From NCBI GenBank assembly GCA_002708825.1, contig PAPF01000030.1, positions 59,365-123,364 on the forward strand: DNA of 64,000 nt, in the 5' to 3' direction. Position numbers and translations under genes: made by a program. The notes beneath the pieces were generated by a model, which ran no database searches, was not told the DNA's origin, and was given only the letters and a program-made list of their open reading frames with translations. This DNA is from Phyllobacteriaceae bacterium. GTDB lineage: Bacteria; Pseudomonadota; Alphaproteobacteria; Rhizobiales; Rhizobiaceae. Shown one piece after another: positions 1 through 8,850 of the stretch (position 1 is its first letter; each line of letters opens with the position of its first letter).

Positions 1-46
1 CGGCTACGAGGCCATCCGCAAACGATGGGAGGAAATGACGGCCTGA
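1..46 (+). CDS. 3' end of an unidentified CDS entering the window (...GYEAIRKRWEEMTA*)
   Basis: Open frame from position 2 to TGA at 44-46 with GC-rich third positions; too short to identify. Confidence 0.4.
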   Translation, partial: GYEAIRKRWEEMTA

Positions 47-166
47 GCGCCGCGCGGCCATGGATTCAGCCGATCACGCGGGCGTGATCGCTCCGGCCTT
101 GCCGGCCGGCCCTCCCCGGCCTAGCCTTTTCGAAGCCGGGGAAACCAACCAGCCGGGGAACAAGAC

Positions 167-1033
167 ATGCGTGCCTTGACCTGCCTTTCCTTCGACAGCC
201 CGCGCCGGACCTTCATGGCCGCCGCCCTTGCCGCACTCGCCGCCATCGCCATGCCCGGCCAGGTGCGTGCCCAGTCCTCGCCGGCACCGTCCAAGTGCAT
301 GGCCATCGCCAACGACCTGCGCCAGCACGATGGCCTCGTGCGCTACGCCTCGCTCACACCCTCCTGGCCCGTGCAATACGAACCCGGCAAGGTGACGATC
401 ACCTATGCGGGTCATTCCACCTATGTCATCGAGACACCGGGCGGTGTGCGGGCCGCGACGGACTTCTCCGGCTATCACGGCTACGATCCGCTGCCGCGCG
501 TCGTCACCATGAACCGGGCGCACTCGACCCACTACACGATGAACCCCGATCCCGGCATCGAACATGTCCTGCCGGGCTGGAACACCGATGGCGACGGACC
601 GGCCGAGCACCGCGTCGTGGTCGACGACCTTTACGTGCGCAACGTGCCGACCGACATCCGCATGGGCGATTACATGATGAAGGACGGCAATTCGATATTC
701 ATCTTCGAGGTCGCGGACCTGTGTATCGGCCACCTCGGCCATCTTCACCATGACCTGACCGACGCCCACTATGCCGCGATCGGCAGGCTGGACATTCTCA
801 TGGTGCCGGTCGATGGCGGGCTCACGCTTTCCCATGACGCCATGGCCGAGATCGTGCGGCGCCTGCAAAGCTCCATTGTCCTGCCCATGCACCGCCGCTA
901 CACGACCATCGAGCGTTTCCTGTCGCGCGTGCGCGGCGATTTCGCGGTGGAATTCCGCGATACCGAATCGATAACGGTCTCCATCCGCGACCTGCCGCGC
1001 CAGGCAACCATCATCGTGCTCAAGGGGGTGTGA
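167..1033 (+). CDS. MBL-fold metallo-hydrolase, probably Tat-exported
   Basis: SPRRTFMAAALAALAA twin-arginine signal; YAGHSTYVIET, GHLGHLHH, PMH motifs of the beta-lactamase fold. Confidence 0.85.
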   Translation: MRALTCLSFDSPRRTFMAAALAALAAIAMPGQVRAQSSPAPSKCMAIANDLRQHDGLVRYASLTPSWPVQYEPGKVTITYAGHSTYVIETPGGVRAATDFSGYHGYDPLPRVVTMNRAHSTHYTMNPDPGIEHVLPGWNTDGDGPAEHRVVVDDLYVRNVPTDIRMGDYMMKDGNSIFIFEVADLCIGHLGHLHHDLTDAHYAAIGRLDILMVPVDGGLTLSHDAMAEIVRRLQSSIVLPMHRRYTTIERFLSRVRGDFAVEFRDTESITVSIRDLPRQATIIVLKGV

Positions 1034-1039
1034 ACGGGC

Positions 1040-1861
1040 CTACCAGAAGTCCGGCACGGTCTCGGCCAGACGCGGCCCGATCCTGAGCGGCGCGATCCGT
1101 TCGCAAAGCCCGGTGCTGTCGGAAATGTCGAGGCCGACGCCGCAGATCGTCGCCGGGCCATTGGCGGCCTCGAAGCGGCCTTTCGGCACCTTTGACAGGA
1201 ACCGGTTGAGCGGTTCCTCCTTGTCCATGCCGAGGGAGGAATCGTAGTCGCCGCACATGCCCGCATCCGACAGGTATCCCGTGCCATTGGCAAGGATCTG
1301 GTGATCGGCCGTCGGGCAATGGGTATGCGTGCCGACGACGAGGCTGGCCCGCCCGTCGACGAAATGGCCGAAACACATCTTTTCGCTGGTCGCCTCGGCA
1401 TGGAAGTCGAACACGACCGCATCGGCCTGCTCGCCCAGAGGGCAATGTTCCAGCACCTGCGCCCCGGCATTGAACGGATCGTCGAGTTCGGGATGCATGA
1501 AGACGCGGCCCATCACGTTGGCGACCAGCACGCGCGCGCCGTTGCGCGCCTCGTACAGCCCGGTTCCGCGCCCGGGCGTGCCGAGCGGATAATTGACCGG
1601 GCGAAGGAAACGGTCCTCGCGCGAGGCGAAGGAAAGTGCCTCGCGCTGGTCCCAGACATGGTTGCCCGTGGTCACAACGTCGGCGCCCGCCTCGATCGTC
1701 TGGCGGAAGATATCCTCGGTGATCCCGAAACCGCCGGCGGCATTCTCGCCGTTGACGATCACGAAATCGAGCCGGAAATCGGATATGAGGCCGGGCAGGC
1801 GGTCCCAGACCGCCGTGCGGCCGGTCCGGCCCACCATGTCACCTAGAAAAAGCAATCTCAT
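1040..1861 (-). CDS. ymdB: YmdB-family metallophosphoesterase
   Basis: MRLLFLGDMVG, NGENAAGG, TTGNHVWD, DFHAEATSEK, GTHTH motifs. Confidence 0.93.
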   Translation of the reverse strand: MRLLFLGDMVGRTGRTAVWDRLPGLISDFRLDFVIVNGENAAGGFGITEDIFRQTIEAGADVVTTGNHVWDQREALSFASREDRFLRPVNYPLGTPGRGTGLYEARNGARVLVANVMGRVFMHPELDDPFNAGAQVLEHCPLGEQADAVVFDFHAEATSEKMCFGHFVDGRASLVVGTHTHCPTADHQILANGTGYLSDAGMCGDYDSSLGMDKEEPLNRFLSKVPKGRFEAANGPATICGVGLDISDSTGLCERIAPLRIGPRLAETVPDFW

Positions 1862-1915
1862 GGCTGGCCATTATCAGGGCAGGACAAGAAGGCGCAAGCG
1901 CCTTGGCCCGGCCCC

Positions 1916-1931
1916 TGTGAACTTTGTCACA
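1916..1931. promoter_or_regulatory. CRP-consensus palindrome TGTGA-N6-TCACA upstream of ymdB (alternatively an RNA stem-loop)
   Basis: TGTGA ACTTTG TCACA; flanking GGCCC/GGGCC extends the inverted repeat. Confidence 0.4.
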
Positions 1932-1951
1932 CGGGCCACCGTTCCCGCCTG

Positions 1952-2557
1952 TCAACGCATATCCCCGCCGGCCTGCCGGACCTTGTCGAACGGGCGCAAG
2001 CCGCTTTCCGTCCACACCGCATCGAGCGGCACATCGTGCGCCTCCGCAGGAACGGCCTCGACCTCCTGGCAATCGAAGGCCATGCCGATGAGTCGCGGCC
2101 GGAGGCCGGCCGCGCGCAGCCCGGCAATCGCCCGGTCGTAGTAGCCCGCGCCGTAACCGATCCGGTTGCCGGACGCATCGAAGGCCGCCAGCGGCATCAG
2201 CATCAGGCCCGGATGCAGGCGTTCGGCCTCCGGTGGCGGGGCGAGCGTGCCAAACCCGTTGTCGATGAGCGGTGAACCGCGAACCAGGGCGCGAAATTCG
2301 ATGGTCTGCCGGTCGATCATCGCCGGCACGCAGAGCCGCGCGCCGCGCGCCGCCAAAGCCATCATCAGCGGCCGGATGTCCAGTTCGGTCCGGATCGGAA
2401 GGAAGCCCGAGACCACTTCCCCCGGATCGAGGGCGACCAGTCCGGCCTCGTCCGAGAGCTTCATGGCCACCTCGATGCGGTAACCGGCATCCAGCTGGTC
2501 GCGGCGCGCCAGCGCCTCCATGCGCAACTGTTTCTTGATGGATTTCGTCTCGCTCAT
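1952..2557 (-). CDS. ygfA: 5-formyltetrahydrofolate cyclo-ligase
   Basis: MSETKSIKKQLR start; PLAAFDASGNRIGYGAGYYDR signature; EAHDVPLD; directly downstream of 6S RNA. Confidence 0.93.
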   Translation of the reverse strand: MSETKSIKKQLRMEALARRDQLDAGYRIEVAMKLSDEAGLVALDPGEVVSGFLPIRTELDIRPLMMALAARGARLCVPAMIDRQTIEFRALVRGSPLIDNGFGTLAPPPEAERLHPGLMLMPLAAFDASGNRIGYGAGYYDRAIAGLRAAGLRPRLIGMAFDCQEVEAVPAEAHDVPLDAVWTESGLRPFDKVRQAGGDMR

Positions 2558-2618
2558 CGCCCGCTTATGCCGGGGCGGCGCCTTTTTGGCTAGCCGGGAT
2601 GCGACACGGAAGGCCAAG

Positions 2619-2777
2619 GTGCGATCCACGGCGACCGATGGAAAGATTGATCCCGGGAACCTACAGCGTAGGTGGGCGCCGTATGACCAAGCCCACGGGC
2701 AAGACCAGGGACAGCTCCCTAGGAGATCAATAAGGCCCCGGGGAAGTGTTATTCCTGTCGGGAAGCGCAGACCGCAC
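2619..2777 (-). ncRNA. ssrS: 6S RNA
   Basis: Complementary termini GTGCGGTC...GATCGCAC; alphaproteobacterial 6S blocks CCCCGGGGCC, GGGAGCTGTCCCTG, GGCGCCCACCT; canonical position upstream of ygfA; TATATT -10 just upstream. Confidence 0.9.
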
Positions 2778-3081
2778 ACGCAATATAGGCCTGCGCAGGC
2801 CACTTCGCCAGTGGCGCCGCACGATGGCGCGCCGATTGTTCACAGATGAGCGAACACACTGTTCTCCAAGGATTTTTCTGTAAATCCGCACTCACGAAAA
2901 TGCGACCGGACGATCACGAAAAGGTCGCTCTTCGTTGTTTTGCATGTGTTGGGCCCCCGCCCCATCTTCCACTCATCGGAACGCGGACAAGCCGCACCGG
3001 ACCGGATCCCGGGAAGGGACATTGCGAAAGACGGGGCATCCTCCCAAGACCCCGGCCGCACCATGAAGAAGGAAGACCATC

Positions 3082-3336
3082 ATGAAGAAGCTCATCATCG
3101 CCGCATCGCTCGTCGCCGCCGCCACTGGCATGGCCGCCGCCGAAAGCAGCGTTCTCTACACCGGCAACTACTCCGCCAGCGTCATCGAACAGTATGGCGC
3201 GCCCGGCGTCATGGCTTCCGGCGCCGTGAATTACGACATCGACCGCACCGCCACGGCGTCGATCACCGCACCGTCCGCCGCGAACAGCGGCAATTATTCC
3301 GCCAACGTCACCGCGTTCGACATCTACGGCCGCTGA
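3082..3336 (+). CDS. Small secreted protein with internal GNYSA repeat, copy 1
   Basis: AAGGA RBS; Sec signal MKKLIIAASLVAAATGMAAA; 84 aa. Confidence 0.85.
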   Translation: MKKLIIAASLVAAATGMAAAESSVLYTGNYSASVIEQYGAPGVMASGAVNYDIDRTATASITAPSAANSGNYSANVTAFDIYGR

Positions 3337-3383
3337 TCACCTTCAAGCAGCCTCATCAACCCATCACAGAAAGGACCAGAACC

Positions 3384-3647
3384 ATGAAGAAGCTCATCAT
3401 CGCCGCATCGCTCGTCGTCGCCGCCACCGGCATGGCCGCTGCCGAAAGCAACATTCTCTACACCGGCAACTACTCCGCCAGCGTCATCGAACAGTATGGC
3501 GCGCCCGGCGTCATGGCTTCCGGCACCGTGAATTACGACATCGACCGCACCGCCACGGCGTCGATCACGGCGCCGTCCGCCGGCGACCGCATGGTCCACG
3601 GCAAATATTCCGGCAATGTGTCGGCGTTCGACCTCTACGGCCGTTGA
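3384..3647 (+). CDS. Small secreted protein, copy 2 (tandem paralog)
   Basis: AAAGGA RBS; ATG at 3384; near-identical to copy 1; 87 aa. Confidence 0.85.
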   Translation: MKKLIIAASLVVAATGMAAAESNILYTGNYSASVIEQYGAPGVMASGTVNYDIDRTATASITAPSAGDRMVHGKYSGNVSAFDLYGR

Positions 3648-3671
3648 TCGCCGATCCGGCACAGACCGGTG

Positions 3672-3699
3672 AAAGGCCCGCGCCCGGCGCGGGCCTTTT
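3672..3699 (+). terminator. Rho-independent terminator after the tandem genes
   Basis: AAAGGCCCGCGC-CCG-GCGCGGGCCTTTT hairpin plus U-tract. Confidence 0.85.
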
Positions 3700-3779
3700 G
3701 CTGTCCGGCCCTTGCGGATGGCGGGCACGCTGCCTAATGTCGCCGCCTGCAGGACAAAGGAAAAAAGGCAAGGGAGCCC

Positions 3780-4622
<843 letters not shown>

Positions 4623-4626
4623 GGCC

Positions 4627-5337
4627 ATGGCCGCGCGGGCCAGCGCCGGCGGCCGGGTCCGCCCGCGCGAAACCGATCTCTACGAACCCGTCAAGGCCCT
4701 GCTGGAACGGCAGGGCTACACGGTCAAGGGCGAGATCGGCACCGCCGACATCGTCGCCAGGCGCGGCGGCGAGGATCCGGTGATCGTGGAATTGAAGGCC
4801 GGGTTTTCACTGAGCCTTTTCCATCAGGACATCGAGCGCCAGAAGATCACCGACCATGTCTATGTCGCCGTGCCGCGCGGCACCGGAGCGGCGTTTCACA
4901 AGGCAGTGAAGGCGAACATGGCGCTGTGCCGGCGGCTTGGCCTCGGCCTCATCACCATCCGCCTGGCCGACGGCTTCGCCGAGATCCGTCTCGATCCGTT
5001 GCCCTACAGCCCGCGCAAGTCGAAGCCGCGCAAGAGTCGCCTGCTCAGGGAGTTCGAACGGCTTGTCGGCGACCCGAATACCGGCGGGTCCGTGCGCAGC
5101 GCCATCATGACTGCCTACCGCCAGGACGCCCTGCTCTGCCTCGCGCATCTGGCATGCAACGGGCCAACCAAGGCCGCGCTCGTGGCCCGTGCGACCGGGG
5201 TGGAAACGGCCCGGCGCATCATGGCGGACAATCACTATGGCTGGTTCGAGCGGGTCGCGACCGGGATCTACGCCATGAGCCCGAAAGGGCGCGACGCGAC
5301 CGGCCAGTCCGGTCCTACGCCGCCTCCATCCGCCTGA
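4627..5337 (+). CDS. DUF2161-family putative PD-(D/E)XK protein
   Basis: RETDLYEPVK, DIVA...IVELK, IMTAYRQDAL, NHYGWFER motifs. Confidence 0.8.
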   Translation: MAARASAGGRVRPRETDLYEPVKALLERQGYTVKGEIGTADIVARRGGEDPVIVELKAGFSLSLFHQDIERQKITDHVYVAVPRGTGAAFHKAVKANMALCRRLGLGLITIRLADGFAEIRLDPLPYSPRKSKPRKSRLLREFERLVGDPNTGGSVRSAIMTAYRQDALLCLAHLACNGPTKAALVARATGVETARRIMADNHYGWFERVATGIYAMSPKGRDATGQSGPTPPPSA

Positions 5338-6316
5338 AGTCGGAAAAGGAGACGAGCCTCCGGGACGCCTCGTCCCACAGCGTCAGGCGGACGCATTTCA
5401 GGCTCTGCCAGAAGGTCAGGCGGCCCTTTTCACGGAATTCCGGATAGGCCTTCAGCACTTCGGGCAGGCGCCAGAAGGGCACGCGCGCCGCCAGGTGATG
5501 CACGTGGTGGATACCGATATAGCCGGTGGCCCACATCAGCGGCCGCGGCAGGTCGTAGAACGACGAACCGTCGAGGGCGGCGCGCTCGCGCTCCCATTCC
5601 GGTGCCCGTGCCCAGAAGGTCGGGTCGAACTGGTGCTGGATGTAGAACAGCCACACGCCGGCCACCGCGCCCATCAGGATCACCGGAAGGTGGACCGCCA
5701 GCATCACCTGCCAGCCGAAGGCGTACCAAAGCGAGCCGTGGAAAAGCAGGATCCCTGCATTGGTACCGAGCGCGGAAACCCAGGCTTCGCGCCGGTCGGT
5801 GAAGCCGGAAGGCCAGCGTTGCTGGACCAGGAACACATAGGCCGGCCCGATGACGAACATCACCAGCGGATGGCGGTAGGCGCGATAGGCAAGCCGGCCC
5901 CACAAACCGAGCGCGCGGTATTCCTCCGTCGTCAGCGTGCTGATGTCGCCGATGCCGCGCCTGTCGAGATTGCCGGAACCGGCGTGATGCAGGTTGTGGC
6001 TGTGGCGCCAGTAGCCATAGGGCGTGAAGGTCAGCACACCGAGCAGCCTGCCGACGCGGTCGTTGAGAGCCGCCGTGGTGAACAGCGAACCATGGCCGCA
6101 ATCGTGCTGGATGATGAACAGGCGCACCAGCATGAGCGCCGCAAGCGGCAGAAGCGGCAGCGACAAGACCCAGTACCCGCCAGCAAAAAGCAGCGCAGCG
6201 GCCAGCCATAGGACGGCCAGGAGTCCGAGCGTCAATGCCAGTTCGCGGAAACCGCGCCTGTCATCGGCTTGTGCGAACGGCCGCAAGCGGCCGCTCCAGC
6301 GCTTTGTATCCTTCAT
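5315..6316 (-). CDS. Membrane fatty acid desaturase
   Basis: Three His boxes QHDCGH, HNLHH, HHVHH; TM segments; ATG at 6316 after GGGGAGGA RBS. Confidence 0.9.
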   Translation of the reverse strand: MKDTKRWSGRLRPFAQADDRRGFRELALTLGLLAVLWLAAALLFAGGYWVLSLPLLPLAALMLVRLFIIQHDCGHGSLFTTAALNDRVGRLLGVLTFTPYGYWRHSHNLHHAGSGNLDRRGIGDISTLTTEEYRALGLWGRLAYRAYRHPLVMFVIGPAYVFLVQQRWPSGFTDRREAWVSALGTNAGILLFHGSLWYAFGWQVMLAVHLPVILMGAVAGVWLFYIQHQFDPTFWARAPEWERERAALDGSSFYDLPRPLMWATGYIGIHHVHHLAARVPFWRLPEVLKAYPEFREKGRLTFWQSLKCVRLTLWDEASRRLVSFSDFRRMEAA

Positions 6317-6437
6317 GGTCCTCCCCGTCCGCCCAGTGGCGGCAAAGCCTGATGATCTTGTTTTCTGCCCGGTAAACGTTTTTTCCGACAAAAGCGAGGC
6401 CAACTGTTGTCGCACTTGCGGCAAATGACGTGGCAGA

Positions 6438-6466
6438 TTGACCCTTTCGGCGCCAGGCGCTAGTTT
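6438..6466 (+). promoter_or_regulatory. Sigma70-type promoter for riboswitch-metA
   Basis: TTGACC-N17-TAGTTT immediately before the riboswitch. Confidence 0.6.
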
Positions 6467-6468
6467 CG

Positions 6469-6533
6469 CCACCGTGGTGATTTGGCCGGCCGGCTTGCAG
6501 CCACGTAAAACAACTCGCTAAAAGGGCCGCGGA
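6469..6533 (+). promoter_or_regulatory. SAM-II (SAM-alpha) riboswitch
   Basis: CCGTGGTGATTTGGCCGGCCGGCTTGCAGCCACGTAAAACAACTCGCTAAAAGGGCC matches the SAM-alpha pattern; upstream of metA. Confidence 0.9.
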
Positions 6534-6601
6534 CAGCAGGAGCGTCACGGAACCGGCAGCGAAACCTTTGCGGCCGGTCATTCGAGTTCTGGAGTCCGAC
6601 C

Positions 6602-7534
6602 ATGCCGATCCGCATTCCCGATGCCCTCCCCGCCCGCGATGTCCTCGTGCGCGAAGGCGTGTCCGTCATGAACGAATCATCCGCGATTCGCCAGGACATC
6701 CGGCCGTTGCAGATCGCGCTTCTGAACCTGATGCCCAACAAGATCCGCACCGAGACCCAGATTGCCCGTCTGATCGGCGCCACGCCGCTTCAGATCGAGT
6801 TCTCGCTGGTGCGCGTGAGCGGCCACACGCCGAAGAACACGCCGGCCGATCATCTGATTTCCTTCTACCAGACCTGGGAGGAAGTCCGGCACCGCAAGTT
6901 CGACGGCTTCATCATCACCGGCGCGCCCATTGAACTCCTGCCCTTCGAGGACGTGGCCTACTGGGAGGAAATGGAAGCCATCTTCGACTGGACGGTGACC
7001 AACGTCCATTCCACCTTCAACATCTGCTGGGGCGCCATGGCCGCCATCTGGCACTTCCACAAGGTCCCGAAATACGCCCTGGAAAAGAAGGCGTTCGGCG
7101 TCTACCGCCACAAGAACCTCAATCCCGTCTCGCCCTATCTCGCCGGCTTTTCGGATGATTTCCAGATCCCGGTCTCGCGCTGGACAGAGGTGCGCAAGGC
7201 CGACCTGGAAGGCAAGAACGGCCTGGAACTGCTGATGGACAGCCCCGACACCGGCCCCTGCCTTATATCCGAGAAGGCCGGCAACAGGCTCTACATCTTC
7301 AATCACATCGAATACGATTCGACCTCGCTGAAGGAAGAATACGAGCGCGATGTCGCCGCGCATGTGCCGATTTCCGTGCCGCACAACTATTACCCGGACG
7401 ACAATCCGGCCAACCAGCCGCTCAACCGCTGGCGCTCCCACGCCCATCTCCTTTTCGGCAACTGGATCAACCAGGTCTACCAGACCACTCCCTTCGACAT
7501 GGATGACATAGGCCGCGACAGGCAATGGCTGTGA
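6602..7534 (+). CDS. metA: MetA-family homoserine O-acyltransferase, probably acetyl-CoA specific
   Basis: [42 protein letters not shown]. Confidence 0.95.
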   Translation: MPIRIPDALPARDVLVREGVSVMNESSAIRQDIRPLQIALLNLMPNKIRTETQIARLIGATPLQIEFSLVRVSGHTPKNTPADHLISFYQTWEEVRHRKFDGFIITGAPIELLPFEDVAYWEEMEAIFDWTVTNVHSTFNICWGAMAAIWHFHKVPKYALEKKAFGVYRHKNLNPVSPYLAGFSDDFQIPVSRWTEVRKADLEGKNGLELLMDSPDTGPCLISEKAGNRLYIFNHIEYDSTSLKEEYERDVAAHVPISVPHNYYPDDNPANQPLNRWRSHAHLLFGNWINQVYQTTPFDMDDIGRDRQWL

Positions 7535-7547
7535 CCGTGAGGATGTG

Positions 7548-8009
7548 ATGACGCAGAACCCGGGACTGACGATCCGGCCGCTGGAAGCCGGGGACGAAGC
7601 GCAATGGCGCCGGCTCTGGACGGCCTATCTTGATTTCTACGAGACAGCCGTGGGCGAGGAGGTGTACCGCTCGTCCTTCGAACGCATGCTGCGGGGCAAT
7701 GCCGGGGCGCCGGGCGAGTTTCGCGGCCTTCTGGCGCTCAAGGACGGTAGTCCCGTCGGCCTCGTCCATTTCCTGTTCCACCGCCACGGCTGGAAGATCG
7801 AGGACGTCTGCTATCTGCAGGACCTCTATGCCGATCCGCAGGTGCGCGGCACCGGTGTCGGCCGCGCGCTCATCGAGGCTGTCTATGCCGCCGCCGACGA
7901 GCAAGGGTGTCCGTCGGTCTATTGGTTGACGCAGGAGTTCAACCATGAAGCCCGCAAGCTCTACGACCGCATCGCCACGGTGACGCCCTTCATCAAGTAT
8001 GCGCGCTAG
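7548..8009 (+). CDS. GNAT-family N-acetyltransferase
   Basis: YLQDLYADPQVRGTGVGRALI acetyl-CoA motif; VYWLT...N..ARKLY. Confidence 0.9.
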   Translation: MTQNPGLTIRPLEAGDEAQWRRLWTAYLDFYETAVGEEVYRSSFERMLRGNAGAPGEFRGLLALKDGSPVGLVHFLFHRHGWKIEDVCYLQDLYADPQVRGTGVGRALIEAVYAAADEQGCPSVYWLTQEFNHEARKLYDRIATVTPFIKYAR

Positions 8010-8055
8010 GCCGCCTGCCGGAATGTCATCTGGCGGCATGGCACGGGACGTCCCG

Positions 8056-8081
8056 TTAACCATTTGTTAACCATGGTTAAC
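8056..8081. promoter_or_regulatory. CtrA binding site(s) upstream of minC
   Basis: TTAA-CCATTTG-TTAAC (N7 full site) followed by a third TTAAC half-site. Confidence 0.8.
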
Positions 8082-8112
8082 CTATCCATCAGGTAAGAGA
8101 ATCTTTACCTGG

Positions 8113-8820
8113 ATGACCAGAGTGTTAACCGGCACGACCCAAGCCATTCGCCTCAAGGGACGCTCGTTCCTGGCCATCGTCCTGAGCCCGGAACTGCCGC
8201 TCGGCGACTGGCTCGAGCGTTTCGACGCGCTCGCTTCCCGTTCGGCGGGTTACTTCCTCAAGCGCCCCGTCATGCTCGACGTGACCGGCATGGAGATTGA
8301 CGGCGCAACGTTGCGCGATCTCGTCACGCGGTTGGCCGACAGGAATGTCCGCATCATGGGAATCGAGGGGGCCGGCGAGACCGAACTCGGGCCGGACCTT
8401 CCGCCCGCGATGAGTGGCGGCCTGCCGGCTTCGGGTATTGACGGCCTCGAAGAAGCAGGCACGGCGTCGGGCGAAGGGACAGCTCCAGCCATGGCTCCCG
8501 CGCTCATGGTCACCGAGCCGGTGCGTTCCGGCCAGGCCCTGGTCAGCGATGGCGACATCACCATCATCGGTTCCGTCGCTTCTGGCGCCGAGGTCATCGC
8601 GGGCGGTTCCGTCCACGTCTACGGCACGTTGCGCGGACGCGTGATGGCCGGATCGGGCGGCGATGGCCGGGCGCGCATCTTCTGCCGCCGGCTGGAGGCC
8701 GAACTCGTCGCGATCGCCGGATATTACCAGACCTCCGAGGATCTGGATCCCGGCCTGCATGGCCAGCCCGTGCAACTCTGGCTGGAAGGCGAAAGCATAT
8801 TGGCGCAGCGATTCAACTGA
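8113..8820 (+). CDS. minC: Septum site-determining protein MinC
   Basis: PVRSGQ, VASGAEVIAGGSVHVYGTLRGR, LEAELVAIAG. Confidence 0.95.
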   Translation: MTRVLTGTTQAIRLKGRSFLAIVLSPELPLGDWLERFDALASRSAGYFLKRPVMLDVTGMEIDGATLRDLVTRLADRNVRIMGIEGAGETELGPDLPPAMSGGLPASGIDGLEEAGTASGEGTAPAMAPALMVTEPVRSGQALVSDGDITIIGSVASGAEVIAGGSVHVYGTLRGRVMAGSGGDGRARIFCRRLEAELVAIAGYYQTSEDLDPGLHGQPVQLWLEGESILAQRFN

Positions 8821-8850
8821 ACCCGGCTGGGTTCGAAGAGGGAGAACGGA

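Larger units (their letters stand above)
3082..3647 (+). repeat. Tandem gene duplication, 302-bp period
   Basis: 3082-3279 vs 3384-3581 differ at 8 of 198 nt by manual alignment. Confidence 0.95.

Noticed and set aside
2558..2803. N-terminal extension of ygfA in the ORF track
   Set aside because: Runs through the 6S RNA; the protein most plausibly starts at MSETKS (2557)
2940..3383. 235-aa ORF fusing upstream sequence to secreted copy 2
   Set aside because: Out-of-frame read-through of copy 1; copy 2 has its own RBS and signal peptide
3082..3647. Tandem repeat as a CRISPR array or diversity-generating retroelement TR/VR pair
   Set aside because: Both copies are intact genes, differences are not adenine-specific, and there is no reverse transcriptase or cas gene in the window
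6371..6386. GGTAAACGTTTTTTCC LacI-like dyad upstream of the desaturase
   Set aside because: Single imperfect site with no nearby regulator or second copy to support it
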